DNA from: Malacoraja senta
Taxonomy: Eukaryota
Assembly: GCA_038087875.1 (NCBI GenBank)
Contig: CM075987.1
Location: 28,026,001 to 28,090,000 of the forward strand
Reading direction: 5' to 3'
Length of the DNA: 64,000 nt
Made by a program: the position numbers and the translations under genes. The notes under the pieces were generated by a model. The model ran no database searches, was not told the origin of the DNA, and saw only the letters and a list, made by a program, of their open reading frames with translations. This document shows positions 1 to 12,640 of this stretch, one piece after another (position 1 is the first letter of the stretch; every line of letters begins with the position of its first letter).

Positions 1-149
1 TTGGATCAGCCATGATCTTATTACATGGCAGAATATGCTCGTGGGGCTGAGTGGACAAATATTTCCCTTAATTTGCATGTTCATAAAAAAACTGATTTTG
101 TTGCCCAAACACACACAGCACTGATGAAAACTCAACACAGCCTATTCAC

Positions 150-1560
150 TGCAGAAACAAAATAAATGCTGGAACTCGGTGGCTTAGGTAGCATCTGTGA
201 GGTAAAGGGATGGTCAGCATTTTAAGTTGAGATCCAGAATTAGGCTGAATGTTGAAGGAAGAGAGCTGGTAAACAGGACAGAGCAGAGTGAGCTAGATGC
301 TGGTGGGTGGAACAAGAAGAGGAGGGATGATGTGCAGATGGAGACAGGTGGGGGTAGGGATGTGTGCTGAGACAGAAATGGTAGGTGATTGGTGTGAACA
401 CAAAAGAAAAAGAAAAAAAGGGTTTAGGTGTTGAATGGAGTCAGAAGGGAGAAGGGAAGGCGAAAGTTTGACATATAGGCGAGTAGGTGATGTGGATATA
501 TACATAGATATAGCTCTTAGGGCTAACGGAATCAAGCGATGTGGGGAGAAAGTAGGGACAGGGTACTGATTCTGGATGATCAGCCATGATCATATTGAAT
601 GACAGTACTAGCTTGAAGGGCCGAATGGCCTACTCCTGCACCTATTTTCTATGTTTCTATGTCTATGTTTCTATAACGGAAGGATATTGGGCAGATGGAA
701 CATGGGAGAGGTTGATGTCTAGATAATGGGGAGGGGAAGAGATGGAAAAGGTCAACAAAGAGAGGGAGACCCTGGGTGAACTGGGTGGGAGTGGGAAAGG
801 AATGCAGAGATGGGTTACCTTAAATTGAAAAAATCTAATGTTCTCAATTCATTAAGATGTAGTTAATCAACCGGGATAATGTTCTTCTGAAGAAGGGTTT
901 AGGCCCGAAACGTTGCCTATTTCCTTCGCTCCATAGAGGCTGCCGCACCGGCTAAGTTTCTCCAGCACTTTTGTCGTTCTTCTAGTTTGTGTTTGGCCTC
1001 AACTTGGCAGTGGAGAAGGTCGAGGACTGACTAGTCAGTGTAGGAATCGGAAGGGGAGCTGCAATGTTAAGTCACTATAAACTCATGATTGCCATTGTGG
1101 ATAGACTGCAGATGCACTGTAAAATATTTGCCTAGTATCTTCCTTGTCTCGCCAATGTAAAGGCCACATTGAGAACTTTGAATGCAATAGATCAGGTTGG
1201 AGGAGCATGTGAATCTCTGATTCATCTGGAAAGGCATTTTAGGGCCGTGAACAGTGGTAAGCAAAAGGTGTAGGGAGGTCTTTCTCTTCACCTAGTGGCC
1301 TCAGTCTCAGCACTCCCTCTTCCCCTCCCTACCTGGCTCCATGTGTTAATTTCTCTCCCCCCCCTCCTCCCACCTTATGGTTGCATCTATGACTACTAGC
1401 CTCTGTCTCTCACCTCCCTTCACTACACTGGCTAACCTCTCCACACTCTCAGTCTGATGCATGGTCACAACCCATGATATCAACCACTCCTTTGCATCTA
1501 CAGATGCTGCTTGACCCGCTGTTCTTTCAGTAGTTTAGCTCCAGATCCATCCATTTTAAG
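150..1560 (-). mobile_element. Degraded Penelope-like element region (GIY-YIG endonuclease remnant with flanking, partly inverted terminal repeats)
   Basis: ORF 1067-1291(-) reads FTCSSNLIYCIQSSQCGLYIGETRKILGKYFTVHL, a GIY-YIG-type IY...YIGET.R motif. Related short repeats lie in opposite orientations at ~150-260 and ~1450-1545. Boundaries approximate. Confidence 0.7.
507..672 (+). mobile_element. CR1 LINE 3' end fragment
   Basis: Matches the 3' end of the CR1 at 4310-4925 (gatcagccatgatcatattgaat...cctactcctgcacctattttctatgtttctatg tail). Confidence 0.85.
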
Positions 1561-1658
1561 TCCCTTGTGTTAACGTCCTACTATTAACATATTTTGCTAC
1601 AAATGGATATTCAGTCAAATTACCCCTGCGCAATGTTTGCCAATTCTCATTTACTTAC

Positions 1659-1774
1659 CCTTCATTGATTTACAAACAAAATGATTTTCTACTGAGCACT
1701 GAATGTCTGTTAACAGCCCAGACTTAGTATCCAATTGAACACAGTCTTTTAGGTCTCCCCTCTGAAGATCTATT
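1659..1774 (-). CDS. C-type lectin domain exon 3 of a larger host gene (IDLQRGDLKDCVQLDTKSGLLTDIQCSVENHFVCKSMK)
   Basis: Acceptor ttcag| and donor |gtaagt. The phase-2 start matches the previous exon and it ends in phase 1. It has the CTLD Cys pattern DCV...D..C....FVCK. An alternative in-frame acceptor at 1783 adds YFR. Confidence 0.88.
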
Positions 1775-1896
1775 CTGAAATATCTTCAATGCATAAAACA
1801 TTAATGGATTAAAATTAAAACTAGAATTAACTGATGATCAAAAATGTATGCATTATTTGATAATGACTCTATAAAGAGATATTTATCACAGACATA

Positions 1897-2210
1897 AGGC
1901 GACACACTGGCGAAGCTGGTAGAACTGCAGTCTCATCGTGTCAGGTTCGATCCTGATCTGCCGTGCTGTCTGTGTGGAGTTTGCGCATTTTCCCTGTGAC
2001 CATGTGGGTTTCCTCCAGTTTCCTCCTACATCCCAAAGACATGTGGGTTTGTAGGTTAATTGGCCTCTGTAATTTACCTCTAGTGTGTAGAGAGTGGATG
2101 AAAAAATAGGATAACATAGAACTAGCATGAACAGGTAGGTAATTGATGTTCAGCATGGACTCAGTGGGCTGAAGGGCCTGTTTCCATGATGTATCTCTAA
2201 ATTAAACTAA
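1897..2210 (+). mobile_element. tRNA-derived SINE (HE1-like)
   Basis: Box B-like ggttcgatcc, conserved core tctgtgtggagtttgc...gtgggtttcctcc, CR1-like tail ending (ctaaa)n. Multiple copies in the window. Confidence 0.85.
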
Positions 2211-2229
2211 AGTATTTACATTTACATTA

Positions 2230-2388
2230 GGTTTAAACCGAAGATAGGCACAAAAAGCTGGAGTTACTCAGCGGGACAGGCAGCATCTCCGGAGAGTTCA
2301 GGTCGAGGCCCTTCTTCAGACGAAATGTGTAAGAAGGAACTGCAGATGCTGGTTTAAACCGAAGATAGACACAAAAAGCTGGAGTAAC
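2230..2388 (-). repeat. Penelope-derived short repeat (tandem partial copies)
   Basis: ggtttaaaccgaagatag.cacaaaaagctggagt occurs twice. Same family as 17101-17280, 28560-28830 and 41174-41312. Confidence 0.7.
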
Positions 2389-2858
2389 TAATGGTTTGGG
2401 ACATTTGGAGGACCTGAAAGGTACTGTATAAAACCAAGCTTCTCTTGAATTGCTTTAATTGAAAAGGGTGTAAAAAGGATTTTTGAGGTGGTTACCGGGG
2501 CTGGAGGGTGAGTTGTAAGGAGAGGCTGGATCTTTTTTGTCCTGGTGTGCAGGTTGCTAAGGGCTATGCAGAAATATATAAAATCATGAGGAACATAGAT
2601 AAGGTGAACAGTCAAATCTTTTCCCCGGGGTAGGGGAGTGAAAAAGTCATGTTTTAAGGTGAGAAGGGAAAGATTTAAAAGGCCCTGAGAGAGTGGTGCA
2701 TACATGGAACAAGCTGGCAGAAAAGTAGTAGAGCGAGTTTACAACATTTGGTGGATACTTGGATAAGAGCTCAGATAATAATGGTTTGGAGGGATATGGG
2801 CCAGGTGCTGAAAAGTAGGACTAGCCATGGCAACAGGAAGAGTAGACAACAAGGATTA

Positions 2859-3194
2859 TGGCCCTGTCCCACGAAGCAAGTTCATTCAAGAGCTCTCCCG
2901 AGTTTAAGAAAAAATCAAACTCGTGGTAAGCACGGAGAATGAACGTCGCGGGTACGTCGGAGCTCGGGGACGTCTCTTAGCGGCTCGTAACGCTAACGGC
3001 AGGTACTCGGGAAGACTCGCTAACGGCAGGTAAGCTCGGGAGGACTCATCAAGATTTTTCAACGTTGAAAAATGTCCACGTTTTTTCTCACCAGGAGTTT
3101 TTTTCACACGAGAGCCCCGAGTACCGACGAGCGGCCATTTTCAGGGCAAACTCGGGAGAACTCTTTGAATGAACTCGTACAGTGGGACAGGACT
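2859..3194. mobile_element. PIF/Harbinger-type MITE
   Basis: Long imperfect TIRs (ggccctgtcccac...gtgggacagg; ctcccgagttt/aaactcgggag), TTA flanks, no coding capacity. Confidence 0.75.
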
Positions 3195-3406
3195 TTAAGA
3201 ATCTTAACATCAAAGATTTACAAGAAATCCATGATATCAGTTTAGTACCAGTTGGGAAGTAGGCAACAAATTAATGAACGCACAACTTCATGTAATTGCG
3301 TCATTTTGGACAATCTGGTTCTTTTGTTGTTACTCTGCTCCTATCTAACCATTGAATTAAAAATAAATGGATAAATCAACAATTATAATAACAGTAACAA
3401 ACTCAC

Positions 3407-3519
3407 GGAATCAGGGCAACATTCAAAGGATCATTTGTTGTCCAGTGAAAATCAGATTCAGCTACACGATCATTGAGTCCAGTCCAATAAACTCCAGCGG
3501 CCTCCCTAGTGAACCAATC
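3407..3519 (-). CDS. C-type lectin domain exon 2 (DWFTREAAGVYWTGLNDRVAESDFHWTTNDPLNVALIP)
   Basis: Acceptor aacag| and donor |gtgagt. 113 nt, phase 0 to 2. Contains the CTLD WIGL-type motif WTGLND and F.W. Confidence 0.92.
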
Positions 3520-3639
3520 CTGTTGTAAAATAATTCAATTCAAAAGTTAAATTCTTTACCTTTTAAACAGGCAACCCTGACTGGTCTTAGGAAACTATAT
3601 GATGAGAGCATGTCCGTAAACTTAATTGTGACATGATTT

Positions 3640-4247
3640 AGAGTAGTATGATTCAGAGTAGACTGCAACTCCCTTTACACTGGCATCAGCCAATCTTCCC
3701 TGTCCCGCCTGCAACTGGTCCAAAACACCGCAGCGAGACTCCTGACGGGCACCCGAAAAAGGGACCTCATCACCCCGATCCTGGCCTCTCTCCACTGGCT
3801 CCCTGTGCGGTTCCGTATAAACTTCAAGATCCTCCTCCATGTCTACGAAGCCCTCAATGGGCTTGCCCCCACCTACATACAAAGTCTTCTCACCCACCAC
3901 TCCACCTCCAGGCCCCTCAGAACGACCAACTTGGGGTTGCTGAATATCCCGCGGTCTAGGCATAAGCTCAGGGGTGACCGCGCCTTTGCGGTTGCAGCCC
4001 CTAGTCTGTGGAACAGCATCCCCTTTCCCATCAGAACTGCCCCCTCCATCGACTCTTTTAAGTCAAGACTAAAGACTTATCTATACTCCCAAGCCTTTCC
4101 TGACGTCTTCCGAGTGAGGGCTACATGTATATATGTATGTAGTTTGTTTTGTTTGTGCTATTCTTATAACAAATGTAAAGCACTTTGGCCAACGAGAGTT
4201 GTTTTTTAAATGTGCTATATAAATAAATGTGACTTGACTTGACTTGA
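3640..4247 (+). mobile_element. L2-clade LINE, 5'-truncated 3' fragment
   Basis: ORF2 C-terminus RINFKILL..YEALNGLAPTY...GDRAFAVAAPSLWNSIP..IRTAPSIDSFKSRLKTYL, then aaataaa and a (gactt)n tail. Confidence 0.85.
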
Positions 4248-4309
4248 GTATGAATAGCTGTCACAAGAGAAAGTTACACTTGACATAGTTTCATACTATG
4301 TATAGTACT

Positions 4310-4925
4310 TTTGAGTATAGGAGCAGGGAGGTTCTACTGCAGTTGTACAGGGTCTTGGTGAGACCACACCTGGAGTATTGCGTACAGTTTTGGTCTCCAA
4401 ATCTGAGGAAAGACATTCTTGCCATAGAGGGAGTACAGAGAAGGTTCACCAGACTGATTCCTGGGATGTCAGGACTTTCATATGAAGAAAGACTGGATAG
4501 ACTTGGCTTGTACTCGCTAGAATTTAGAAGATTGAGGGGGGATCTTATAGAAATTTACAAAATTCTTAAGGGGTTGGACAGGCTAGATGCAGGAAGATTG
4601 TTCCCGATGTTGGGGAAGTCCAGGACAAGGGGTCACAGTTTAAGGATAAAGGGGAAATCTTTTAGGACCGAGATGAGAAAAACATTTTTCACACAGAGAG
4701 TGGTGAATCTCTGGAATTCTCTGCCACAGAAGGTAGTTGAGGCCAGTTCATTGGCTATATTTAAGAGGGAGTTAGATGTGGCCCTTGTGGCTAAAGGGAT
4801 CAGGGGGTATGGAGAGAAGGCAGGTACAGGATACTGAGTTGGATGATCAGCCATGATCATATTGAATGGCGGTGCAGGCTCGAAGGGCCGATTGGCCTAC
4901 TCCTGCACCTATTTTCTATGTTACA
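4310..4925 (+). mobile_element. CR1 LINE 3' fragment (young)
   Basis: ORF 4298-4837 is nearly identical to the C-terminus of the ORF2 at 46418-49717, followed by the CR1 3' UTR. Confidence 0.95.
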
Positions 4926-5359
4926 ATACATCGGATCCTTGCTGGAATCCTACATGGCAGTTTGCCATTCACATTTGGAAAGCTAATCCATGCCTCTATT
5001 GAGGACACTGAATATTTTCTTGCGAGATATTTTTGTATCAGAAGAAGCAAATATGCTATCAGCTTCCCCATGAGAGTTACACATCTGTTTTTTATCAACA
5101 ATATCATCTAAAAAGTGGCTAAGACAAAACCACTATGTACGATAGATTTTATTGTATCCTATTAAGAAATTATTAAAACATTAACGTTTACAGGCTATCC
5201 AGATATTCAACTATCTATCTATCTATGGCGTTCACTCCAACTCGGGGTTGAGTGGTGCCATCTGTTTCATGATGTCCTGGTGCTGTGTTAGCCATTCGCC
5301 ATGATGCAGTTTCACTCATAAGTAAGCTAGGCGGATGAGCAGTCCTCTCCTAGCAAGAA

Positions 5360-6115
5360 AGAAAGAACACAATACATAACAGAATTCAACATAAAACATA
5401 AACATCCACCACAGTGAAACTAGCACCTCCTGCTGTGGTGGAAGGCACAAAAGTCCAGTCAGTCTTCCTCCTCTGTTCACCCGTGGTCATGGCCATGAAC
5501 CCTCCACAGTCGCCGCTACGGACGGCCCGATGTACAGGCCCTCTCGCCGGGGTGATCGAAACTCCGACCTCGGGACGGGTTGGAACACTCTGCTGCGTAG
5601 AATTCCCGAATCGGCTGCTTCCTACCGGAGACCGCGGCTTCATGATGCCACGACCACAGGCCCCGCGGTCGGAGCACTTCTGGCGTTCCTCGGCAAAGGA
5701 TCGCAGGCAGCTCCGCGATGTTAGAGTCCGCTCAGCGCCCGCGGCTAGAAGCTCCACAGACCGAGCTCCACGATGGTAAAGTCAGCAGGCCCGGCAAAGG
5801 ATCACAGCTCCGCGATGTTAAAGTCCATGCTGCGCCCGCTGCTGAAGCTCTGGGCCGGTCTCCAGTCGGAAAGGCCGCACCAATCCAGTTGTTAGGCCAC
5901 GAGAGGGGCGAAAATGCGACACGGAGAAAAGTCACTTCTCCGTTGAGGTAAGTGCCTGGGATCGGTGTCCCCTATTCCCCCCCCCCCCCCCCCCCACCAC
6001 CCTGCACACAAGACACACCGGGAGACATACATTCAGGCACTCTCGAAACAACAAAAAGTCCAAAGAAACACACGAGCTGCTGGCAAGGCTGCCGCGCGCG
6101 GCGCCATCTTGGGGG
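5360..6115 (-). repeat. CpG-rich non-coding interspersed repeat, unclassified
   Basis: GC/CpG-rich block with aagatggcg at its minus-strand start and an internal duplication (ggcaaaggatc...gctccgcgatgtta at ~5692 and ~5793). A similar block lies at 42058-42600. Confidence 0.55.
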
Positions 6116-6161
6116 GGGGGGGGGGACCATCAGATATTCAACTGCTCATTTTTATATTTAC

Positions 6162-6319
6162 CTTTTCTTCTTTGGTGTCCAGGTAGAGCAATTCAGTGCC
6201 TCTATAAGCCCTACAGACATTTAGTGCTTTTTCCCAAGTAGCAGTGAAAGTAGAACTCCAAAGGTAACAGTGATCTTTAAAAATGTGCCAGTTGGGATCC
6301 CCTGGGCAAATAATACCAT
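6162..6319 (-). CDS. C-type lectin domain exon 1 (GIICPGDPNWHIFKDHCYLWSSTFTATWEKALNVCRAYRGTELLYLDTKEEK)
   Basis: Acceptor tttccttatgcag| and donor |gtaaat. 158 nt, phase 1 to 0. Long-form CTLD start CP..W..F..HCY....TW..A...C. Confidence 0.93.
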
Positions 6320-6746
6320 CTGCATAAGGAAACAAATAGATAAACATCTCAGTGAAAATGCTCAGAATAGCCCCTGCTTTAAAGTAATACAGGTTATTTA
6401 TAAAAGGAAACTTTGGTTGTACATGTCAGTATTTCTGGAAATAGCCATCTCTACAAAAACAGACAAACTTTATGACAAGTTCTTCATTAAAACAATGTAT
6501 CAATGCAGAAGAAACATTATAGTTCTTAAAGTAATACTAAAAATTACGTTATATCCTTCCACTGATGCAAATTACCATCCATTTAGTATGTAATTTACTT
6601 AAACACAAGATTTAAAGTGCTTGGATTGACAGATTGTTCTTCAAATCTAGCTCTGGCTGAAGTTCTCTAGGGGGCTGTTGTGAAGCTGCGATATTCTGAC
6701 TGCAGATTTAGTGGTAAATTTCTGCTTCTGTCAAACAAGAAGCTTC

Positions 6747-7033
6747 TGGGCGGCATAGTAGCGCAGAGGTGCTGCCTCACAGCGCCAGAGATCTGGGTTC
6801 ATTTCTGACTATGGGTGTAACCTGTGCGAAGTTTGTATGTACTCCGTGTGACTGCATGGCTTTTCTCCAAATTTCCTTCCACATTCCAAAGACATACATG
6901 TTTATAGGTTATTTGGCTTCTGTAAATTGCCCCGAGTGTAGAAGATGCAAAAATGGGATAACATAGAACTAGCATGCAGGTGATCAAAAGTCGGTGTGGA
7001 ATTGGTGGGCTGAATGGCCTGTTTCCACATTGT
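6747..7033 (+). mobile_element. tRNA-derived SINE (HE1-like)
   Basis: Same head, core and (ctaaa)n tail as 1897-2210. Confidence 0.85.
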
Positions 7034-7729
7034 ATCTCTAAACTAAACTAAACTTGATGGTAGTTTGGATGATAATCTCTGCCTTTTCCACCAATCTGGG
7101 ATACCTGATCTGTGTATTGTCATCATTGCCATAAGCCAAATCTCCATTATATAATGTGGGCCACATGCCAATTATATCTTCACCTCTAACTTGAGGCAAA
7201 TCTTTGGCATCTCTTTTGCAGCTGAAAACCAGTTTATTTTGGGCTACCTCCAGTTATCTTCTTACACTCCTTTGTTCAAGCAGCCTCTGTGCACAGGTAA
7301 GCACATTTCTAGTTAGTTTGTTCACACTCTATTACTCAACATCCCTTGGGTTGAGTACTGCAAAAGCCAGGATGCTCAAGTAGGAGAATGACTAATGATT
7401 GAGCATTCATGGCCATTCACAGCATTCCTGATTTTACATCATTCTCTGGAAAGTGAGATACTGCTTCCCATGTTCAAACTGCCAGTTCTCTTAGAATATA
7501 CATAGTTGTGGTTAACTACAACTTATTTATATGTGACTGGTGTCACCGGAATGCTCTACCTTTGAGGTTTAGAATATTTGTCAACAAATGGATGTATGGT
7601 AAAAAGGTCTTCCTCCCAAAACAATTAAGGAGAGGGCTGGATTAACCAAGCAATTGCAGATTTGTTAGTTTAAGTTCAGTGTTTGGCAAATAATGGTATC
7701 CATTCAAAGAAATGGGATAACCTCAACTC

Positions 7730-8017
7730 CGAGCATAGAAGTTGGGAGGTCATGTTGCAGTTATATAAGACGTTGGTGAGGCCACATTTAAAGTATTGTG
7801 TTCATTTCTGGGCACCATGTTATAGGAAAGATGTTGTCGTTGGAAAGGGTTCCGAGATTTACGAGGATGTTGCCAGGACTCGAGGGTCTGAGCTATGGGG
7901 AAGGTTGAGGCTGAGACTATTCCTTGGAGCGCAGGAGGGTGAGGGGTGATCTTATAGAGGTGTATAAAATCATGAGGAATAGATAGTGTAGAAACAGAGT
8001 CTCTTGCTCAGAGTTGG
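7730..8017 (+). mobile_element. CR1 fragment, 5' half, interrupted by an L1; continues at 12641-12905
   Basis: EHRSWEVMLQLYKTLVRPHLKYCVHFWAP. The sequence resumes with the CR1 3' end after 12640. Confidence 0.85.
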
Positions 8018-8020
8018 TAT

Positions 8021-11000
8021 AAATTTTTATTAGAAGCAAACATATTACAATGTAGAGTAACATATTATTATTTTTTTTTTTTAATAATTTTTTTAATAGA
8101 AGTACGGTAGATTACAGTAATGTACAACACGTATATATTAATACATTTTTTGTACCGCTTCACTTTTTTAAACTTTAAGAAAGAAAAAGAAAGAAGTAAG
8201 AAAAGTGAAGAAAGTGCGCAAAGGTTGTGAAGTGCAAAAGAGTGTTGGGAAAAGAAAGCCCCTTAGAAAAGAAGTTAGAGAAGGAAGTAAAGTTAGAAAA
8301 TAGACCCTAGAAAAGAAAGAGAAAGAAAGAAGGAACAATCGCTCTATTATAACTCTTATAACATACTTCATAGAGAAGGAACTACCAACCAAGTCTGTTT
8401 TTGTTTTACCTCCCATTACCAGGTCCAGATACCTTTTATTTATTTATTTGTTTTTCTAAATTACTATTGCACCTCATGCTTGTAATAGGTCCAAAAACGT
8501 AGACCACGTCTTTTGAAATTGGTCTACTTTGCCTACTAGGAGGAATCTCATCTCTTCCAGATGTAATGTTTCCAACATATTTGATGTCCACATTTTTATT
8601 GTTGGTGTGGGCGCATTTTTCCAGAATTTAAGTATAAGCTTTTTTCCCATTATTAGCCCATAATTGAGTAAAAGATGATCAAAGTATTGCAAAAATTCCA
8701 ATTGGGAGAAAACTTTATTGCATGGATAAAACTACTATATAACAAACCTACGGCTAGAATACTAACTAATAATATATTATCTTCAAAATTCGAATTATCT
8801 AGGGGCAACAGACAAGGATGTTCACTATCACCGCTGTTATTTGCTTTGGTAATTGAACCCCTTGCTGAAAAAATAAGAACACACTCGAATATTCACGGTT
8901 ATAACACAAAATATTCAAACAACAAACTATCCCTATATGCTGATGATGTACTACTGTACATCACAAAACCACAAATTAGTATACCAAATATATTAAACTT
9001 AATTGAGGACTTTGGATCCTTTTCAGGATATAGAATAAATTGGAACAAAAGTGAAATTATGTCGATTAAACCAAAAGACTCAACACATCTCAGGAAATTC
9101 CCTTTTAAAATAGCTATGGAAAAATTCAAATATTTAGGAATTGAGATTACTAGAAATTACCATGATATGTTTAAAGCTAATTATAATTCCCTACTTAAGA
9201 AATTAAATAATTTGATTAAATTTTGGAAAACACTTCCGATGTCCTTAATAGGTAGGATAAATGCTATAAAAATGATTTTCTTACCACAAATCCTTTACCT
9301 ATTTCAATCAATACCTATATATCTCCCAAAAAAGTTTTTCAAAAAACTGGACTCAGACATTAGAAATTTTATATGGGATTACAAATCCCACAGAATACAA
9401 AGAACACACCTTAACAAACGAAAAGAGTTGGGGGGTCTAGCGCTCCCTAACTTTATGTATTATAACTGGGCAGTAAATATTAAAAATATGATTCACCTGC
9501 TGGACAATTCTGCCCAGCAGGTGGACTGGATTATAATGGAAAAAGGGGATTGCTCCCCGAATAATATAGGAGCGATTATTCTCTCTCCAATAAATTTGAA
9601 TAATAAAAATTATAATAAAAATCCAATTATATATAGCACTATTAGAACATGGAAGCAAATAAAACAGAATCTAAAATTAAGAAACCTATCTCTCTTAATA
9701 CCAATAGTCAATAACCCATCGTTTAAACCTTCAATCATAGATAAATCATTTATACAATGGGAAAGAATGGGAATCAAAACGCTCGAAGATCTGTATGAAT
9801 TAGAAAAATTACTATCATTCCAACAACTACAACTGAAATATAATTTGAAAAATAATCAATATTTTAAATATCTACAAATCTGTGACTATTTGAAAACACA
9901 CACAAAAGATTATTATAATATGCCTTCCGACTTACTAGATGAAGCAATGAAGACAAAGGCGGAATCAGTTAATTTAATATCATACTTATATAATATCATC
10001 TTAAACATAGAAATACCCACAACAGATGGAATTAGAAGAGATTGGGAACAAGATCTAGGTATAAAAATTTCAAAAGAGAGTTGGGATAATCATTTATTAC
10101 AGGTGCATAAATGCTCGATCAACGTACGACATACGCTTATCCAATTTAAAACATTACATAGATTATATTATTCAAAAACCAAACTAAATAAAATCTTTCC
10201 TAACGTCTCACCAATCTGTGATAAATGTATATGTCAAGAAGCTACCATAGCACATTCTTTTGTTTTTTGTACAAAAATCCAAAAATTCTGGTTTGAAATA
10301 TTTGATATTTTTTCAAAATTAGTCAAAATAAAACTGGTACCAAAACCAGAATGGATTATTTTTGGAATATCGGAAGGTATTCCTGAATTAAACGAGTAAC
10401 ATATTATAATAGAAGAAAAAACGTTTCATATACATCAATCACTCATACATTATTAAATTTGTCAATTGTCAGTTAATTCTGCTTCTAGTGTTTTTTTTTA
10501 ATATAGATAGAAAAAGAAAAATAGAAAGAAGAAAGAAGAGAGAGAAAGAAGAATTACAATATCAAAAAAGAAAAAGAGGTGGAATGAATAACTTATAATA
10601 CGTCATAGGAGATAAGTTCGTAGGTTATGAAATATAATTACATCTAATCCTGAGTTCAAGCTTCAGTCGGGCTTTCGCGCTGGGCCACTCTATCCCTTCA
10701 AATAGGCAATGAATGGAGCCCATATTTTAACAAAAAGTTCTTGCTTGTCCATTAAGACAAGTCTAATTCTTTCTAGATGTAGGGTCTCTGACATTTCCAC
10801 AATCCACATTTTAATTGTGGGGGTTGTAGGGCCTTTCCAGAATTTTAATATTAATTTTTTCCCTGTTATTATACTGTAGTCAAGGAAGTTTCTTTGGCTT
10901 GTTGTGAGTGTTAAACTTTGTTCTGATATCCCAAGTATTATTAATTTTGAGTCTGGAGACAATTTGGTATTAACAACTTCAGAGATTATTTGAAAAATAT

Positions 11001-12640
11001 CAGTCCAGTAATTTTTAATTTTTATACAATTTGCAAAGGTATGTGTTAAATTGGCCTCTAGGTGCAGGCATTTATCACATATAGGAGAAATATGTGGGAA
11101 AATTCTATTTAGTTTTATTTTGGAGTAATGTAATCTGTGTAAGACTTTAAATTGTATTAAAGCATGTCTGGCATTTAACGAACATTGATGTATATGTCGT
11201 AAACTTTCGTCCCAAATATCTTTCGTAATAGGATAACCTAACTCATTTTCCCATTTATGTCTATATAGTTCCATCGGTGGTACCTCATTATTTAGGAGAA
11301 TGTTATAAATATAAGCTATTAATTTTTCAGTGTTAGGATGCTTATTCAAACATTCATCAGGAATTTCTGGTTCCCTAGTCCTATAAACTTGTGTATTGGA
11401 TTTAACATAATCTCTAATTTGTAAATATCTGAAAAAGTTATTTGAGTGTAGTCCATGATTCTGTTGTAACTCTTGAAATGACAGAAAGATGCCTTCCCTA
11501 TAAAGATGTCCAATCCTTTTAATTCCATGATTTTTCCATTGTATAAAACCTCTATCCAATATGGATGGCTTGAATGGAGGATTATTTACAATGGGAAGAC
11601 ATAGTGGTATATTATTCAGTTTTAAAGCCTTTTTTAATTGTTTCCAAATTCATATTCCACTATGTATTATAGGGTTTTCCTTATAGGTTTTTTTATGCAA
11701 TTTTGTGGTAGCAAATATAATCGAACCTATTTCAAAAGGTAAACAGTCTTCCTTTTCCATCCTTAACCATTCTGGTTGTTGGTCCATTTCTTCCAGCCAG
11801 AAATTCATGTTTTTAATATGGACTGCCCAAAAATAAAATAAGAAATTTGGCAAGGCCAAACCTCCGTTGCTCTTTGACTTACATAAATGTTTTTTACTTA
11901 TTCTATGATTCTTATAATCCCAAATAAAGCTTGTAACAATGGAGTCGACTTTTTTGAAAACGTTTTTTGGAATATATATCGGAATTAATTGAAATAAATA
12001 TAGTAGTTGCGGTAAGAAAATCATTTTTATAGCATTAATTCTACCAAGCATTGAAATAGGAAGTGTTTTCCAGTACTGAATATGTTTGTGTAATTTATTA
12101 AGGATGGAAAATTTTGTTTAAATAAAGAGGTATATGTCTTAGTTACATAGATTCCTAAATATTTAAGTTTATCTTTAACTATTTTAAAAGGGGATTGTTG
12201 TATTGTATTTAAGTTGAATTTTGTTATTGGCATAATTTCACTTTTATTCCAATTAATCCTATATCCTGAGAACTGACCAAATTGTGTTATTAGATTTAAT
12301 AGATTTGGAATACTAGTTTCTAACTTTGTAATATATATTAATACATCATCTGCATATAAGGAAATTTTATTCCTTGTATCTCTAGTGTTGTATCCATGTA
12401 TTCCTGGATGGTTTCTAACGCTTTCTGCTAATGGTTCAATTGCAAGAGCAAATAATAGTGGGGATAGTGAACATCCTTGTCTACAACCTCTAGAAAGATT
12501 AAATTTGGCTGATAACATTTGATTTGTTAATATTCTAGCTGTTGGATTAGAGTATAACAATTTAACCCATGTACAGTACTTCTCTCCCAATTGAAATTTT
12601 TTCATTACCGAAAATAAATATGTCCATTCTACCTGGTCAA
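8021..12640 (-). mobile_element. Outer L1-clade LINE (5'-truncated, frameshifted ORF2), carrying a second L1 in its 3' UTR
   Basis: Minus-strand ORFs 12027-12749, 11650-12051 and 10690-11559 give RT (QGCSLSPLLF, LYADD) through the CCHC region (CDKC...HTFANC) to a stop. A T-rich 3' end lies at ~8021. Confidence 0.9.
8069..10393. mobile_element. Inner L1-clade LINE with 5' inversion (twin-priming structure), 14-bp TSD
   Basis: Poly(A), 3' UTR and ORF2 end lie on minus (8069-~8675). An inverted open ORF2 segment lies on plus (8675-10393; LYADD, CDKC). TSD gagtaacatattat at 8055-8068 and 10394-10407. Confidence 0.92.

Noticed and set aside
7040..7225. About 60 open codons on minus after a ttttcag acceptor (CKRDAKDLPQVRG...)
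   Set aside because: No recognisable domain, a weak donor, and the frame runs into a SINE tail.
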